Positions 10,492 to 21,486 of a stretch of DNA of 64,000 bases are shown here, piece after piece (position 1 is the first letter of the stretch; each line of letters begins with the position of its first letter). This DNA is from Candidatus Rifleibacteriota bacterium (GTDB taxonomy: Bacteria > Muiribacteriota > Ozemobacteria > Ozemobacterales > Ozemobacteraceae). The position numbers and the translations under genes are program-made. The DNA lies in NCBI GenBank assembly GCA_015233565.1, contig JADFXM010000039.1:3522-67521 (forward strand). The letters run 5' to 3'. The notes below the pieces were generated by a model that made no database searches, was not told where the DNA came from, and saw only the letters and a list, made by a program, of their open reading frames with translations.

Positions 10492-12003
10492 TCAATTCTT
10501 CCCGGTTGGAAAATTACACGATCCCGAAACTTCGAAAATCTTTCCCAATGCTTTATAGGCTTCAAATTCGTATCGAATGGAATTCATCTGGGAAGAAAAC
10601 GAGCTTAAGAACAGCTCCATCCAGTCCGAAAATGCAATCTGTCCAGTTCGGTATGCTGAGCCGGCACTGTCCAGTGTAGTTTCCAGTCTGGGAAAGACAA
10701 TATTTCGCTCAGTTTTTAAAGATTCCCGAGCGTTTTCAAACCCGGTCACTGCTTCTGTCAGCTCAGAAATTGTTGAATTGCGTATTTCGGCCACTTTGGC
10801 TTTTTCTGACCCGATTTGTTGCTCAAGTTCCCGGAGGTACGAAGCCTGTTCAGCTAATTCCAACGGATTTGGCATAGTGACGTCAGTGCCAAAACTGATT
10901 TTGTAGGAATCCAAGGCAGCGGAACTATTTTTTCCGATACCCATTTCCGAATTTGATTGATTCGATTTGCTTGTCATTCCTGATTTTGGATATGCAAATC
11001 CAGGCGAAATCTTTGCAAAGACAAATCGTTTTTTTAGTGACAGAAGGGTTTCCAGAAGTTTGATTCCGATTTCTGCAATTCTTACTTCCTGTCGTTTTTC
11101 CTGTGCCGCTTGGGTTAAATTTTTCCGGTCAACTGGAAAATTTAGGGAAGGAAGCTGAATACTTCCAAAAGAACCATCGGCTGCCCGTGCCAGAAGGTGA
11201 TTGATTTCTGCAATGGAAGCTTTTTGCATGCGTAGCATGGAAGCGCGATCGTTCTTCATTCGATCTTGTTCAACCTGAAGTCGGGTTAACTCAGGATACA
11301 TGGATTTTCCAGTTATGAAACGTGTTTTCAGTGAATTTCCAAAAGCTTCGAGAGCCGCTAAATTCTTTTCTGTAACGGAAATTGAGGCCCGAAACATTTG
11401 GTATTCAGCTGCTTTGTTCAACAATTTGATTTCCAAATTCCGGAGTTTCATGAAATATTCTTCCATGGCCATTTCAACTTCGAGACGGGCGAGCTTGCCA
11501 TTAAATGTGGAAATTCCAGGGCTTGGGAAAAACAATTCTTGCGATTCCCCCATTGCCGAAGAAGAAGTGCGGGTTTCGATGGCCTGGGTGAAAGACCTGT
11601 ACTGGGCGGCAAGAGCATCTACAAACATAGTTTGTGGATACATTTCAGCCCTGGCCTGGATTGTCTTCTTAGATGATTCCAGATCGGGATTTCTTGCAAA
11701 AGCTAGTGTTTGCAGGAAAATCAGCGAAACATTGCCGGATAGAATTTTTTCAATTGATTTGTCATTCAGAGGTTTGGAGGTAATTCCGGAAAGAGTTGTT
11801 TCATTCGGTTGAAAAACTTCATCATTTCTGAAATCAAAATTGGTCGTCCGTTGGTACAATTCTTTTAAATTTCCATTCTCCGAAAAAGCAAAATCGGATG
11901 AAAAAGAAGCAATCAAAGGCGAGCACTCTGCCGAACTGGGACCAAAAAATCCGGGAAAGAGAAAAATTAGGATCAGAAAATTCATGAATTTCTTCATTTC
12001 CAT
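10492..12003 (-). CDS. TolC-family outer-membrane efflux protein
   Basis: Signal peptide; AFARNPDL and AYRTGQIAFSDW outer-membrane-factor motifs; RND operon context. Confidence 0.75.
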   Translation of the reverse strand: MEMKKFMNFLILIFLFPGFFGPSSAECSPLIASFSSDFAFSENGNLKELYQRTTNFDFRNDEVFQPNETTLSGITSKPLNDKSIEKILSGNVSLIFLQTLAFARNPDLESSKKTIQARAEMYPQTMFVDALAAQYRSFTQAIETRTSSSAMGESQELFFPSPGISTFNGKLARLEVEMAMEEYFMKLRNLEIKLLNKAAEYQMFRASISVTEKNLAALEAFGNSLKTRFITGKSMYPELTRLQVEQDRMKNDRASMLRMQKASIAEINHLLARAADGSFGSIQLPSLNFPVDRKNLTQAAQEKRQEVRIAEIGIKLLETLLSLKKRFVFAKISPGFAYPKSGMTSKSNQSNSEMGIGKNSSAALDSYKISFGTDVTMPNPLELAEQASYLRELEQQIGSEKAKVAEIRNSTISELTEAVTGFENARESLKTERNIVFPRLETTLDSAGSAYRTGQIAFSDWMELFLSSFSSQMNSIRYEFEAYKALGKIFEVSGSCNFPTGKN

Positions 12004-13352
12004 AATGTTTTTCTATCAATTTCCGGAGCGCTCCCAAGAAGTGTGACCATTCTTGCCTGAGCTTGCCTGTAATCAGCAATCGCGCGTCGATATGCCAGAA
12101 GAAAATTCAGTCGTACTGCTTGTGCTTCCAGGGATTCAGGAATAATCTCTGAAACCTCGGAACGATTTACTAATGAATTTTCAAGTGTAAGTTGAGATTG
12201 CGGTAAAAGCGAATCTTCATATATCCTGATCGTTCGCCAAAGGGTTTGAGTTCTTACATATTGTGCTGTTATGTCGGAAGCCAGGTTTTGTTGTAAACCT
12301 GTTTTTTCGGCCTCGGCAGCGTAAGTTTTGTGCTCCGCTTCTCTAACCTTTGCCCGATTTTTCCCCTCCCAAATCGGGAAGTTTAAATCAAAGCGATAGG
12401 TGTCTCCCTGGTAATTCACCCTCAGGTTACGGTCACGTTGTTGAGAGTAGCCGACAGTAATATCAGGAACCCTTTCTTTTCTGGACATTTCTTTTTCCTG
12501 TTTTGCCATTTGAATGGCAAGAGCTGCCATGTGCAAATCGGGCTGATCATCGTCCAGAAGTTTCAGTAATTCTGTTAAAGAAGCCACTGGCGGCTCTATT
12601 TGATAAATCGGTTTCATTGCTGGCGATACTTGGCGAATGGAAGCCACGGATAGGGGTCTGTCAATCGGTCGATTCAACAGGGAATTAATGCGAGCCTGTT
12701 CGGCGACTCTAAGCTCCTTTAAGATGGCTTCGTCATAACCTGCCTGGGATAGTTGAGTCTGAATGCGCTGAATCTCAGATAAAATTGCCGGAGAAGTTGT
12801 CCGAGAGGTGGCAACTTCAGAAATCCGATCCAGAACTTTGCGGTTTTCTGAGATGATTTTGATTGCATCATCAAGGTAAGTTATTTCTTCGTAGGAATTT
12901 TTCAAGGCTTCAAGTTTGCTCAAAACAACCGTTTGAAATTGTGCCTTTTCCATTTCAACACGAGTCCCAGCTATATGACCAGCCAGTTTTTTCTTCCCAG
13001 CCAGAGGAATCATCTGCGAAATACCAAAGTTTTTTGCCCCGTTTATCATTTCCATTTCAGTTGTAGGATTGGGAACCAACATTAATCCAAGCATAGGATC
13101 GGGCCAGGTTTTTTCAATCGAAATTCGCTCTTTGGAGGCAAGAATTTTTTCTCTACTAGCCCTTATTTGGGGGTTTTCTTTGAAGAGCTCTGTTATAAGT
13201 GAAGGCAAGGTTTCTTCCAACTTCAAAGATTGCGGTTTTGATGGACTTTCGGGTTGAGTTGCACAAACCCAATCCGGTCCAGTTATCCAGAAAAATGTGG
13301 CAATAAAAACCAAGAAAAAACTTTTAGATCCAGAAAAAAAGTCTCTTTGCAT
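11994..13352 (-). CDS. TolC-family outer-membrane efflux protein
   Basis: Signal peptide; ENPQIRA, WPDPML, ISQMIPLAGK, PDITVGY and NFPIWEGKN motifs. Confidence 0.85.
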   Translation of the reverse strand: MQRDFFSGSKSFFLVFIATFFWITGPDWVCATQPESPSKPQSLKLEETLPSLITELFKENPQIRASREKILASKERISIEKTWPDPMLGLMLVPNPTTEMEMINGAKNFGISQMIPLAGKKKLAGHIAGTRVEMEKAQFQTVVLSKLEALKNSYEEITYLDDAIKIISENRKVLDRISEVATSRTTSPAILSEIQRIQTQLSQAGYDEAILKELRVAEQARINSLLNRPIDRPLSVASIRQVSPAMKPIYQIEPPVASLTELLKLLDDDQPDLHMAALAIQMAKQEKEMSRKERVPDITVGYSQQRDRNLRVNYQGDTYRFDLNFPIWEGKNRAKVREAEHKTYAAEAEKTGLQQNLASDITAQYVRTQTLWRTIRIYEDSLLPQSQLTLENSLVNRSEVSEIIPESLEAQAVRLNFLLAYRRAIADYRQAQARMVTLLGSAPEIDRKTLWK

Positions 13353-13490
13353 ATCAATCCCCTCAAATTTTTTTTTCCGACGGAGTGTTTTTCGCTTCTA
13401 AGACTTGAATAAACCACCATGGTCCTCTGTCACAATTGAATTTATAGTATCTACTCAAATAATCTGCGGCTTTATACGGCGGCTTCGACT

Positions 13491-13534
13491 GTGCTCTGTC
13501 CGCGACCCGTTCGTTGAGCGGAGTCGAAACGACC
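13491..13534. repeat. REP-like palindromic repeat (inverted pair)
   Basis: ggcttcgactgtgctc... facing cgttcgttgagcggagtcgaaacgacc; related copies at 17540-17560 and 37962-38099. Confidence 0.6.
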
Positions 13535-14610
13535 TTCGCGATCAACATCTACACTCATCTGTGGCTAAGGACTAGTTTTTTTAATTTAGAAAAGGCTTGT
13601 TGATCTTTATTGCGATGAAGCTTTCTGAAATTGAGAGAGGGTTTCATGGAAATAACGAAAAATAATAGCATACCCTCCCCAAAAAAACATCATCAAGACA
13701 TTGTGTTCAGCAATAATCCATTTAAGTGCTGAAGCGAAGTTCAGAACCCTTCTGATTGAGTGTTCCTTCAAACCGAGAAACATAAAGACAGCAACAAAGA
13801 GTAAATTCATATTGACATTGGCAATTAACCAGACAATTCAAAAAAAAATCGCGAAAAATTATTTTTTCCAAGTTTTCTGCACTTGCGTTGGTGCAGGTTA
13901 ACAAGTCAAGTATTTTTACTCTTTTTCGCTGACATAAAGAGTTCAGCCTTGCAAAAAAAGGTTCAATAAACATTATTTTTTACCATTTTGCACGAATTTT
14001 TTCTACTTTCAGAATTCCAATTCCCGAGGATATAGTCATGGGACCATTTTCCCAAAACCTGAAAGTGTGAACTAGTTTGGATGCGATTCCTTCCTTAACT
14101 TTTGGATTATTTGGTCTCATACCAATTACAATTAGTTCGTTCATACGCCTTGTTTCTCGCTTCAGATCTGCGTAAAATTAGATTTTATCTGACAGAAATG
14201 AATGTTTCAACCATCCAGTAAGGGATCCTAATTTTCCCGAAAATTTCGTTTTTTCTTGGAGAATAAAGCGATCCCTTTTCATTTTGGTCAAATCAAAGTC
14301 CTTGGGGAAGTGCACGTATTTTTTAGGATTGGTCTCAAAACAAAATTCGGGCTGAAAACTTTTTAATCTCTACGGAATCGGCTTTTGAAGCTGAACAATC
14401 AAAGAAAATGAAGTTTACGACAACAGGAATTCTGACTTTAGGTTGGAGGGACAATACAAAGTCCTGGTCAAAAAGCCTTTTGTAAGTAAATAATATTAAT
14501 AAAAATTTATTTTTCTAATTTATTTATCCGTTAATAAAAGATTTTTAATTTAAATTTTTATATAGCTGTAAGTTCAATATGTTAGTAAATTTGTTTTTAT
14601 AATTTTTTTG

Positions 14611-14639
14611 TTTACATACTGTTTTTTGTTAGGTATAGT
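14611..14639 (+). promoter_or_regulatory. sigma70-type promoter of gdhA
   Basis: TTTACA-N17-TATAGT with a very AT-rich upstream tract. Confidence 0.6.
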
Positions 14640-14695
14640 TTCTATATTCGCGTATCGCGACAAAATAAATTTTATTTTTTTCTGGAGGAATTTAA

Positions 14696-16033
<1,338 letters not shown>

Positions 16034-16055
16034 TCTCGTTGGTAATTTGTTATAC

Positions 16056-16079
16056 AGCGCCCGAAAGGGCGCTTTTTTT
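16056..16079 (+). terminator. Rho-independent terminator of gdhA
   Basis: agcgccc-gaaa-gggcgct followed by a T tract. Confidence 0.9.
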
Positions 16080-16489
16080 GTATAGTCCGCGAAACTGATT
16101 TTTCAGTTTTTCTTGTAAAATTTGAAAGTGTTGCAAAATTACTGAATAAGTCACCTTGAAAGCAGCATGAACAGAGAAATACAAAATAAAGAAGAATATG
16201 CTTTTTTGTTCTACCAAGGTTTTCTGCATTTAGCTTTAAATTTGAGTTAAAATTATCAACCAGCTTGCTACAGTCTCTAAAATTTCAGTGGTAGAGTTGA
16301 CTCTTTAAGAGACAACCTTTTTCAAAAAGAATAGATTTCTCGTAAACCCCATTTTCGGAGAGTTGGTTGACCAACAATCCAGTACTCTTTGGAAACTAAA
16401 GGTTTTCAATTTTATTTATGTTGGAAAAATAGCGGAGAAAGTTCCAAGCAAAAGGGCTATTTACGTAAAGGGGATTTGTCTTTGCACGA

Positions 16490-16526
16490 AAAATCCGGCG
16501 CGATCTATTTGATCGCGCCGGATTTT
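16490..16526 (-). terminator. Terminator hairpin downstream of the 16557-17225 gene
   Basis: Perfect 16-bp stem aaaatccggcgcgatc / gatcgcgccggatttt with a 5-nt loop. Confidence 0.8.
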
Positions 16527-16556
16527 AAATTTGGTATATATTCGATGAAATTACTG

Positions 16557-17225
16557 TCAGTCTACATACCTTGCAACTGCAGGTGCAGGGAGTTTATTGC
16601 TGGAAAATTTATAGGATCCATCACTTCTGTATTCAACCTTTACCCATGTTCCATCGTCGCCGGTGATATTTGCAATATTACCGGAAGTTGAAATTGTTCC
16701 CTTAATAGGATCTTGAGGGATATTTCCTGAGGAGGAGCTTCCGGAAAATTTCGCAATTACTCGTCCAGGTTTTCCTGGTTCAGGTTTAACATCAACCCCA
16801 ACAGTATCCAAAACGGCTTGAAAGTTTTCTTTGTCACAACGAATTATGCTTCCAGAGCGTTTAAAAAATAAAACGGAGACTTCTAGTTTGCCAGGTCTCA
16901 AGGGAAGGCCAAGAAGATTATCTGAACTAAGCTGGGGATTTGAACGTTCAAGTTTTTGCCAATCGGGAAGAACTTTCTGTAAGTCAACACGGTTTTCTTG
17001 TACTATAGCAAATTTGATCTTTTCGACCATTAACTTCCGTGTTTCTTCTGATAGGCCTGCAGCCAAGGATGAAACATTTCCAGTATTCTTGGTGTTTGAA
17101 AGAACATCTTCACAAACTTTTGATTCCATTGCTGATTGAATTAAATTGGAATCATCGGCATAAGAAGGCGTTCCAAAAGTAGAAATGGCCAATCCGACAA
17201 TCACTGCAAATTTAGTAATCTTCAT
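16557..17225 (-). CDS. Exported hypothetical protein
   Basis: Sec signal MKITKFAVIVGLAISTFGTPSYA; GGAGG RBS; own terminator. Confidence 0.8.
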   Translation of the reverse strand: MKITKFAVIVGLAISTFGTPSYADDSNLIQSAMESKVCEDVLSNTKNTGNVSSLAAGLSEETRKLMVEKIKFAIVQENRVDLQKVLPDWQKLERSNPQLSSDNLLGLPLRPGKLEVSVLFFKRSGSIIRCDKENFQAVLDTVGVDVKPEPGKPGRVIAKFSGSSSSGNIPQDPIKGTISTSGNIANITGDDGTWVKVEYRSDGSYKFSSNKLPAPAVARYVD

Positions 17226-17539
17226 TTAATTTCCTCCAGATTTTTGTTTAACTTTTATATCGCAAAAAGTCTGCCAAGTTCGAAGTCCGCATTGGGTCAG
17301 TTTTCCGGAAAAGTAAATTTGAAAAAAGGTAAAAATTTGTGCAGGGGAATTTTGAAAATTCAGCAATTAATAATTGAATTGTTTCACTTGGCGACCTACT
17401 TCGAAGCTGTTGAAAAAACTCGGTACATTTTTTTTTCTTTTTTCGATTCAAAGCGACTCGCTGTTGATGCGAGAAAGCGGGGCGAAGAATGGGTGGGTGC
17501 ACAAAACAGTGAATTTTCGGGGATTTTTCGACAGTCTCT

Positions 17540-17560
17540 CTTCGACTTGCTCAACGATCG
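17540..17560 (-). repeat. REP-like repeat, partial copy
   Basis: Reverse complement cgatcgttgagcaagtcgaag resembles 13508-13534. Confidence 0.45.
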
Positions 17561-17687
17561 GGCGTTCGAGGTTTTTTTCTCCCTTTTATTAAGATTTGTA
17601 ATCTTTTGGATTGAATATTTCTTTACAAAAATTACCTTCACGTGGGCAATTTTGATAGTGTTTTGAATTTTGTTCTTTTAGAAAAAG

Positions 17688-17696
17688 TGATATAAT
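17688..17696 (+). promoter_or_regulatory. Extended -10 promoter of the obg operon
   Basis: TGaTATAAT 45 nt before the obg ATG. Confidence 0.55.
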
Positions 17697-17741
17697 AGTC
17701 TCTTTAGAGATTATCGGATTAATTAAAGATCGGACGAGCAA

Positions 17742-19025
17742 ATGAAATTTGTTGATCAGCTTACAATCGAAGTAGAAGCCGGAAAAGGCGGAGATGGAAT
17801 GATCGCATTTCGCCGCGAGAAATTTGTCCCATTCGGAGGCCCATCCGGTGGTGATGGTGGACGCGGAGGAGATGTAATTTTAGTCGCTTCCCGGGATTAC
17901 AATACCCTCTACGAACTTGGGTTTCAGAGGCGCTATATTGCCAATGAAGGAGAAAAGGGCGGACCAAAAGACAAATTTGGACATGGTTCCCCACCCGTTG
18001 AATTAAAAGTTCCTGTAGGAACACTGATTTACGACGAGGAAACTGGTGAACTCCTGGCTGACCTTGATTCTGAAGGTTCGCAGTTTATTGTAGCCAAAGG
18101 AGGCAACGGAGGAAGAGGAAACGCAAAGTTTGCTTCATCCACTCGTAGAGCACCAAGAATAGCCGAAAAAGGGGAGCCTGGTGAAAAGCGCACGGTAAGA
18201 CTCGAACTTAAGCTTCTTGCAGACGTTGGATTGGTAGGGCTTCCAAACGCTGGAAAATCTACACTTCTTAACGCAGTAAGCAACGCCCGACCGAAAATTG
18301 CTGATTATCCATTTACAACACTTCACCCTTACCTTGGAATCGTGAAATTCGAGAATTTGCCATCGTTTTGTATGGCTGACCTTCCCGGTTTAATTGAGGG
18401 AGCTCATGCTGGAACTGGCCTCGGAACACATTTCCTTAAACATATAGAGAGAACCCGATTACTTCTACATCTTGTCGATCTGAGCACGGTTGATCCCAAA
18501 GATCCGCTGGAGTCATTTGAAGGAATCCTTCGCGAATTGAAACTTTTCAAGGAATCTCTTCTCGATAAACCGATGCTTGTAGTTGGAAACAAAATGGATA
18601 TTACTGAGGCGCGTGAATTATGGCCAGTATTTAGCGAAGCAGTTCAGAAAAGGGGATATCGTGTTTTTTCCCTTTCCGGAGCCACCGGCAAAGGCCTTCC
18701 TGAGCTATTGAAAGCCATTAATGAACTTCTTGCGCAAAACAATGAGAAACCCAAAATGCCAGAGATGGAAGAAGAAAGGTATCATGAATTCCTGGCCCCA
18801 TTTTCCATTGAACGTATTTCAGCCAACTCTTTCATGGTTACTGGTCGTGAAATTGAAAGACTTGTACAAATGACTGATTTTACCACTGACGATGGCGTTA
18901 TGCTTTTCCGAAAAAAGTTAAAAAAACTTGGGTTTATGGATGAATTGTCTCAAACTGATGGAAACGACGAGGACACTGTCATCATCGGTGAAATGGAGTT
19001 TGAATTCAGGGAGTTTTTCATTTGA
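17742..19025 (+). CDS. obg: GTPase Obg/CgtA with C-terminal OCT domain
   Basis: Gly-rich Obg fold (FRREKFVPFGGPSGGDGGRGG); GLPNAGKS, YPFTT, DLPG and NKMD GTPase motifs. Confidence 0.98.
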   Translation: MKFVDQLTIEVEAGKGGDGMIAFRREKFVPFGGPSGGDGGRGGDVILVASRDYNTLYELGFQRRYIANEGEKGGPKDKFGHGSPPVELKVPVGTLIYDEETGELLADLDSEGSQFIVAKGGNGGRGNAKFASSTRRAPRIAEKGEPGEKRTVRLELKLLADVGLVGLPNAGKSTLLNAVSNARPKIADYPFTTLHPYLGIVKFENLPSFCMADLPGLIEGAHAGTGLGTHFLKHIERTRLLLHLVDLSTVDPKDPLESFEGILRELKLFKESLLDKPMLVVGNKMDITEARELWPVFSEAVQKRGYRVFSLSGATGKGLPELLKAINELLAQNNEKPKMPEMEEERYHEFLAPFSIERISANSFMVTGREIERLVQMTDFTTDDGVMLFRKKLKKLGFMDELSQTDGNDEDTVIIGEMEFEFREFFI

Positions 19026-20131
19026 TAATCGGGTTATTCGGGGGGTCTTTTAATCCTCCACATAAGCAACACATCAAAATTGCCCAGAAAAGTCTCGAAT
19101 CTGGGCTGATTGATGAGGTATGGTTTATCCCTGTTTTTTTGCCCGTCCATAAAAGCGATACAGAGCTCATCTCTTTTTCCGACAGATGTGAAATGCTTAA
19201 AGCCAGCATTCAAGGGAAAAAAGGATTGAAGTTATCGGAGGTTGAACGCGAGCTGGATGGCCCTTCCTTCACAATCCGGACAATACGCCATCTTAAGAAG
19301 CAAAATCCATTTCACGATTATTTTCTAATCATAGGCTCAGATTCTCTGAATGATTTGAAAAATTGGAAATCTTCTGCTGAAATAATTGCTGAAGCTGGCT
19401 TAATAGTTGCAAGCCGCCCCGGATACACCGTTCCCTCTGTTTTGCCTTCCAAGAAAACTTTTCTGATTAATATCGATGAAGACCCGGTTTCTTCAACCGA
19501 ATTTCGTAAGAAACTGAAACTTAAAAATGATCCCTTCCGATTTGTTCCGCCGGGTGCTGCGGCGATAATTGCCGAAAAAAATCTTTACAACTGCTGGGGA
19601 ACAGAATTTAGAACCTGGGTTGAGCAAATTCGTTTGAAGCACCAAAATCTACCAACGAGCATTATTAATCACCTTGCTGGTACTGCATCACTTGCTGCGC
19701 GGTATTCTGCCGAGCTTACCGATGACCCTCGACTTGGGTGGCTGGCCGGAATTAGTCATGATCTATTTAGAGCTTCACCTGATCAAGAAATTTTGAATGT
19801 TCTCTCCAAGTCTGATATACCATTATTCAAAAAAGAACGTGAAATTCCTATGTTGGGTCATGGTGCCGCAGCTGCGTGCTTTTTGAAAAATCTTGATCCT
19901 AATTTTCCCAAAAAAGTAATTACTTCTGTTAGAATGCATACCTTTCCGAGAGTCAGGTGTGGAAAAATCGAGAAAGCTTTGGTAATGGGTGATTTTCTTG
20001 ACCCTTCAAGAGAAAGTAAGGAACGTAGTAAAATCAGGGAGATGGAATTAACTCCCCAGAAACGCTTTGAAGTCGTATGTCGTTCCAAACGGGAAAAAGC
20101 CTTAAAAAAACAGTTGATAACCACTCTTTGA
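19022..20131 (+). CDS. nadD: Nicotinate-nucleotide adenylyltransferase fused to a YqeK-like HD domain
   Basis: GLFGGSFNPPHKQH, IIGSDS and VSSTEFR NadD motifs; C-terminal H...HD...GHG...HT...D HD-domain residues; TTG start overlaps the obg stop. Confidence 0.88.
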   Translation: MIIGLFGGSFNPPHKQHIKIAQKSLESGLIDEVWFIPVFLPVHKSDTELISFSDRCEMLKASIQGKKGLKLSEVERELDGPSFTIRTIRHLKKQNPFHDYFLIIGSDSLNDLKNWKSSAEIIAEAGLIVASRPGYTVPSVLPSKKTFLINIDEDPVSSTEFRKKLKLKNDPFRFVPPGAAAIIAEKNLYNCWGTEFRTWVEQIRLKHQNLPTSIINHLAGTASLAARYSAELTDDPRLGWLAGISHDLFRASPDQEILNVLSKSDIPLFKKEREIPMLGHGAAAACFLKNLDPNFPKKVITSVRMHTFPRVRCGKIEKALVMGDFLDPSRESKERSKIREMELTPQKRFEVVCRSKREKALKKQLITTL

Positions 20132-20193
20132 AATAGCCCTCATAGTGAAATGAGAATTACATATTTTAAAATAATAATTTTCGGGGAAGAAAA

Positions 20194-21486
20194 ATGAGTT
20201 CCGATAGAACAATTTCACCGAAACCTAGAATGGGAAGCATTTTCTGGGGGGGGGCAGAAATTGTTTTTTTCATCTTTAACCTCCTTTTTTTTGCGGGAGT
20301 AGCCAACAAGTGGATGGCGCTGAAAGTGCCTCCTGAGCTTGCTCCGATTAAACCTATTTCATCATTGACCGGAGAAAAACACTTTGGAAAAATCAACATC
20401 CTTCTTTTAGGAATGGATTCTGTCGACGGATCTCATCGGACAGACACTATCCTTCTCGTAGGTTTAAAAGGTGATTCCAAAGAAATTCATCTACTGTCTA
20501 TTCCACGAGACACCCGCGTAATAATCGAAAACACTGCAAAAAAAATCAACGAGATTTTTACACGGTTTGGAATTGCCGCTCTTGATGGTTTGGTAGAAGA
20601 CCTTTTGGAAATAAAAATCGAAAGATATGCCAAGATTGATTTCCAGGGGTTCATCAATATACTCAATCTCCTGGGTGGCGTTAATCTGGTTATTGACCAA
20701 CCGATGAATTACGAAGACAATTATGGAAACGTTCATATTCACTTGTCATCTGGCCCAGCTCACCTTGACGGGAAGAACGCTCTCGACTACGTAAGATTTC
20801 GAGCTGATGCGAATGCCGATCTTGGAAGAGTCAAAAGACAGCAGAAGTTCCTTGCAGCACTTCTGGAGAAGTTCAAAACACCAGGTTTCCTATTGAAAAT
20901 TTCCGGAATAATTGAGCAGATTTTTCAGAATTTTGAGACCGATATTTCTTTGCCAGAAGCAATAGAAATATTAAAATTTGTTGGAAGCGGTGATTTTAAG
21001 GTTCAAGCCCATTCATTGCCGGGTGACGCAAAGTATATAGATAAACTCAGCTATTATATTCCGTTTAAAGACCAATCAGTTGTAGTTGGAACAAGCTTTT
21101 TTTCAGATAGTTCGGAAATTAAACTATCTGCAACGTTTTCTGTGCCGCTCGCAACTGATTCACGGAGTTCCAGTGCTTCTCCTTCTGCTGCCTTTTCTCC
21201 GGCTTCTTCTTCTCAGAACTTTCAGACATTTCCAGCTAATCAAACTTTACCCGCTATTCAAACTTTACCGTCTATCCAGACGTTAGCAGCTACCCAAGCT
21301 TCACAGTTCCCCCAGACTTCGGAGAGTATACAGACTTCGGAAAGTATCCAGACTTCGCAGAATATACAATCATCGACAGTTTCAGCTGCTTTAACGACAA
21401 ACTCGTCGAACAATTCGGTCGCGAGTTCAATTCCCCCTACGGTCGTAGCCTCTCAAGCTTCTCAACCTTCTCAAGTTACTCAATGA
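20194..21486 (+). CDS. LytR-CpsA-Psr (LCP) family protein with Ser/Thr/Gln-rich tail
   Basis: TM helix; INILLLGMD, RTDTILL, SIPRDTRV, YVRFR and DLGRVKRQQ motifs. Confidence 0.93.
   Translation: MSSDRTISPKPRMGSIFWGGAEIVFFIFNLLFFAGVANKWMALKVPPELAPIKPISSLTGEKHFGKINILLLGMDSVDGSHRTDTILLVGLKGDSKEIHLLSIPRDTRVIIENTAKKINEIFTRFGIAALDGLVEDLLEIKIERYAKIDFQGFINILNLLGGVNLVIDQPMNYEDNYGNVHIHLSSGPAHLDGKNALDYVRFRADANADLGRVKRQQKFLAALLEKFKTPGFLLKISGIIEQIFQNFETDISLPEAIEILKFVGSGDFKVQAHSLPGDAKYIDKLSYYIPFKDQSVVVGTSFFSDSSEIKLSATFSVPLATDSRSSSASPSAAFSPASSSQNFQTFPANQTLPAIQTLPSIQTLAATQASQFPQTSESIQTSESIQTSQNIQSSTVSAALTTNSSNNSVASSIPPTVVASQASQPSQVTQ
21223..21369 (+). repeat. 18-bp (6-aa) degenerate tandem repeats in the LCP tail
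   Basis: QTFPAN-QTLPAI-QTLPSI-QTLAAT and QTSESI-QTSESI-QTSQNI. Confidence 0.85.

Noticed and set aside
16260-16480. Possible third MITE among weak inverted repeats downstream of gdhA
   Set aside because: No clean terminal inverted repeats or target duplication could be defined.
17257-17283. Extra sigma28-like site before the 16557-17225 gene (TCGAACTT-N11-TGCGATAT), and similar weak ones near 38102-38128 and 47232-47258
   Set aside because: Poor -35 match or far from a start codon; not counted with the five better sites.
21400-21483. preQ1 riboswitch ahead of queA-tgt
   Set aside because: queA overlaps the LCP stop codon, so there is no leader, and no aptamer motif is present.
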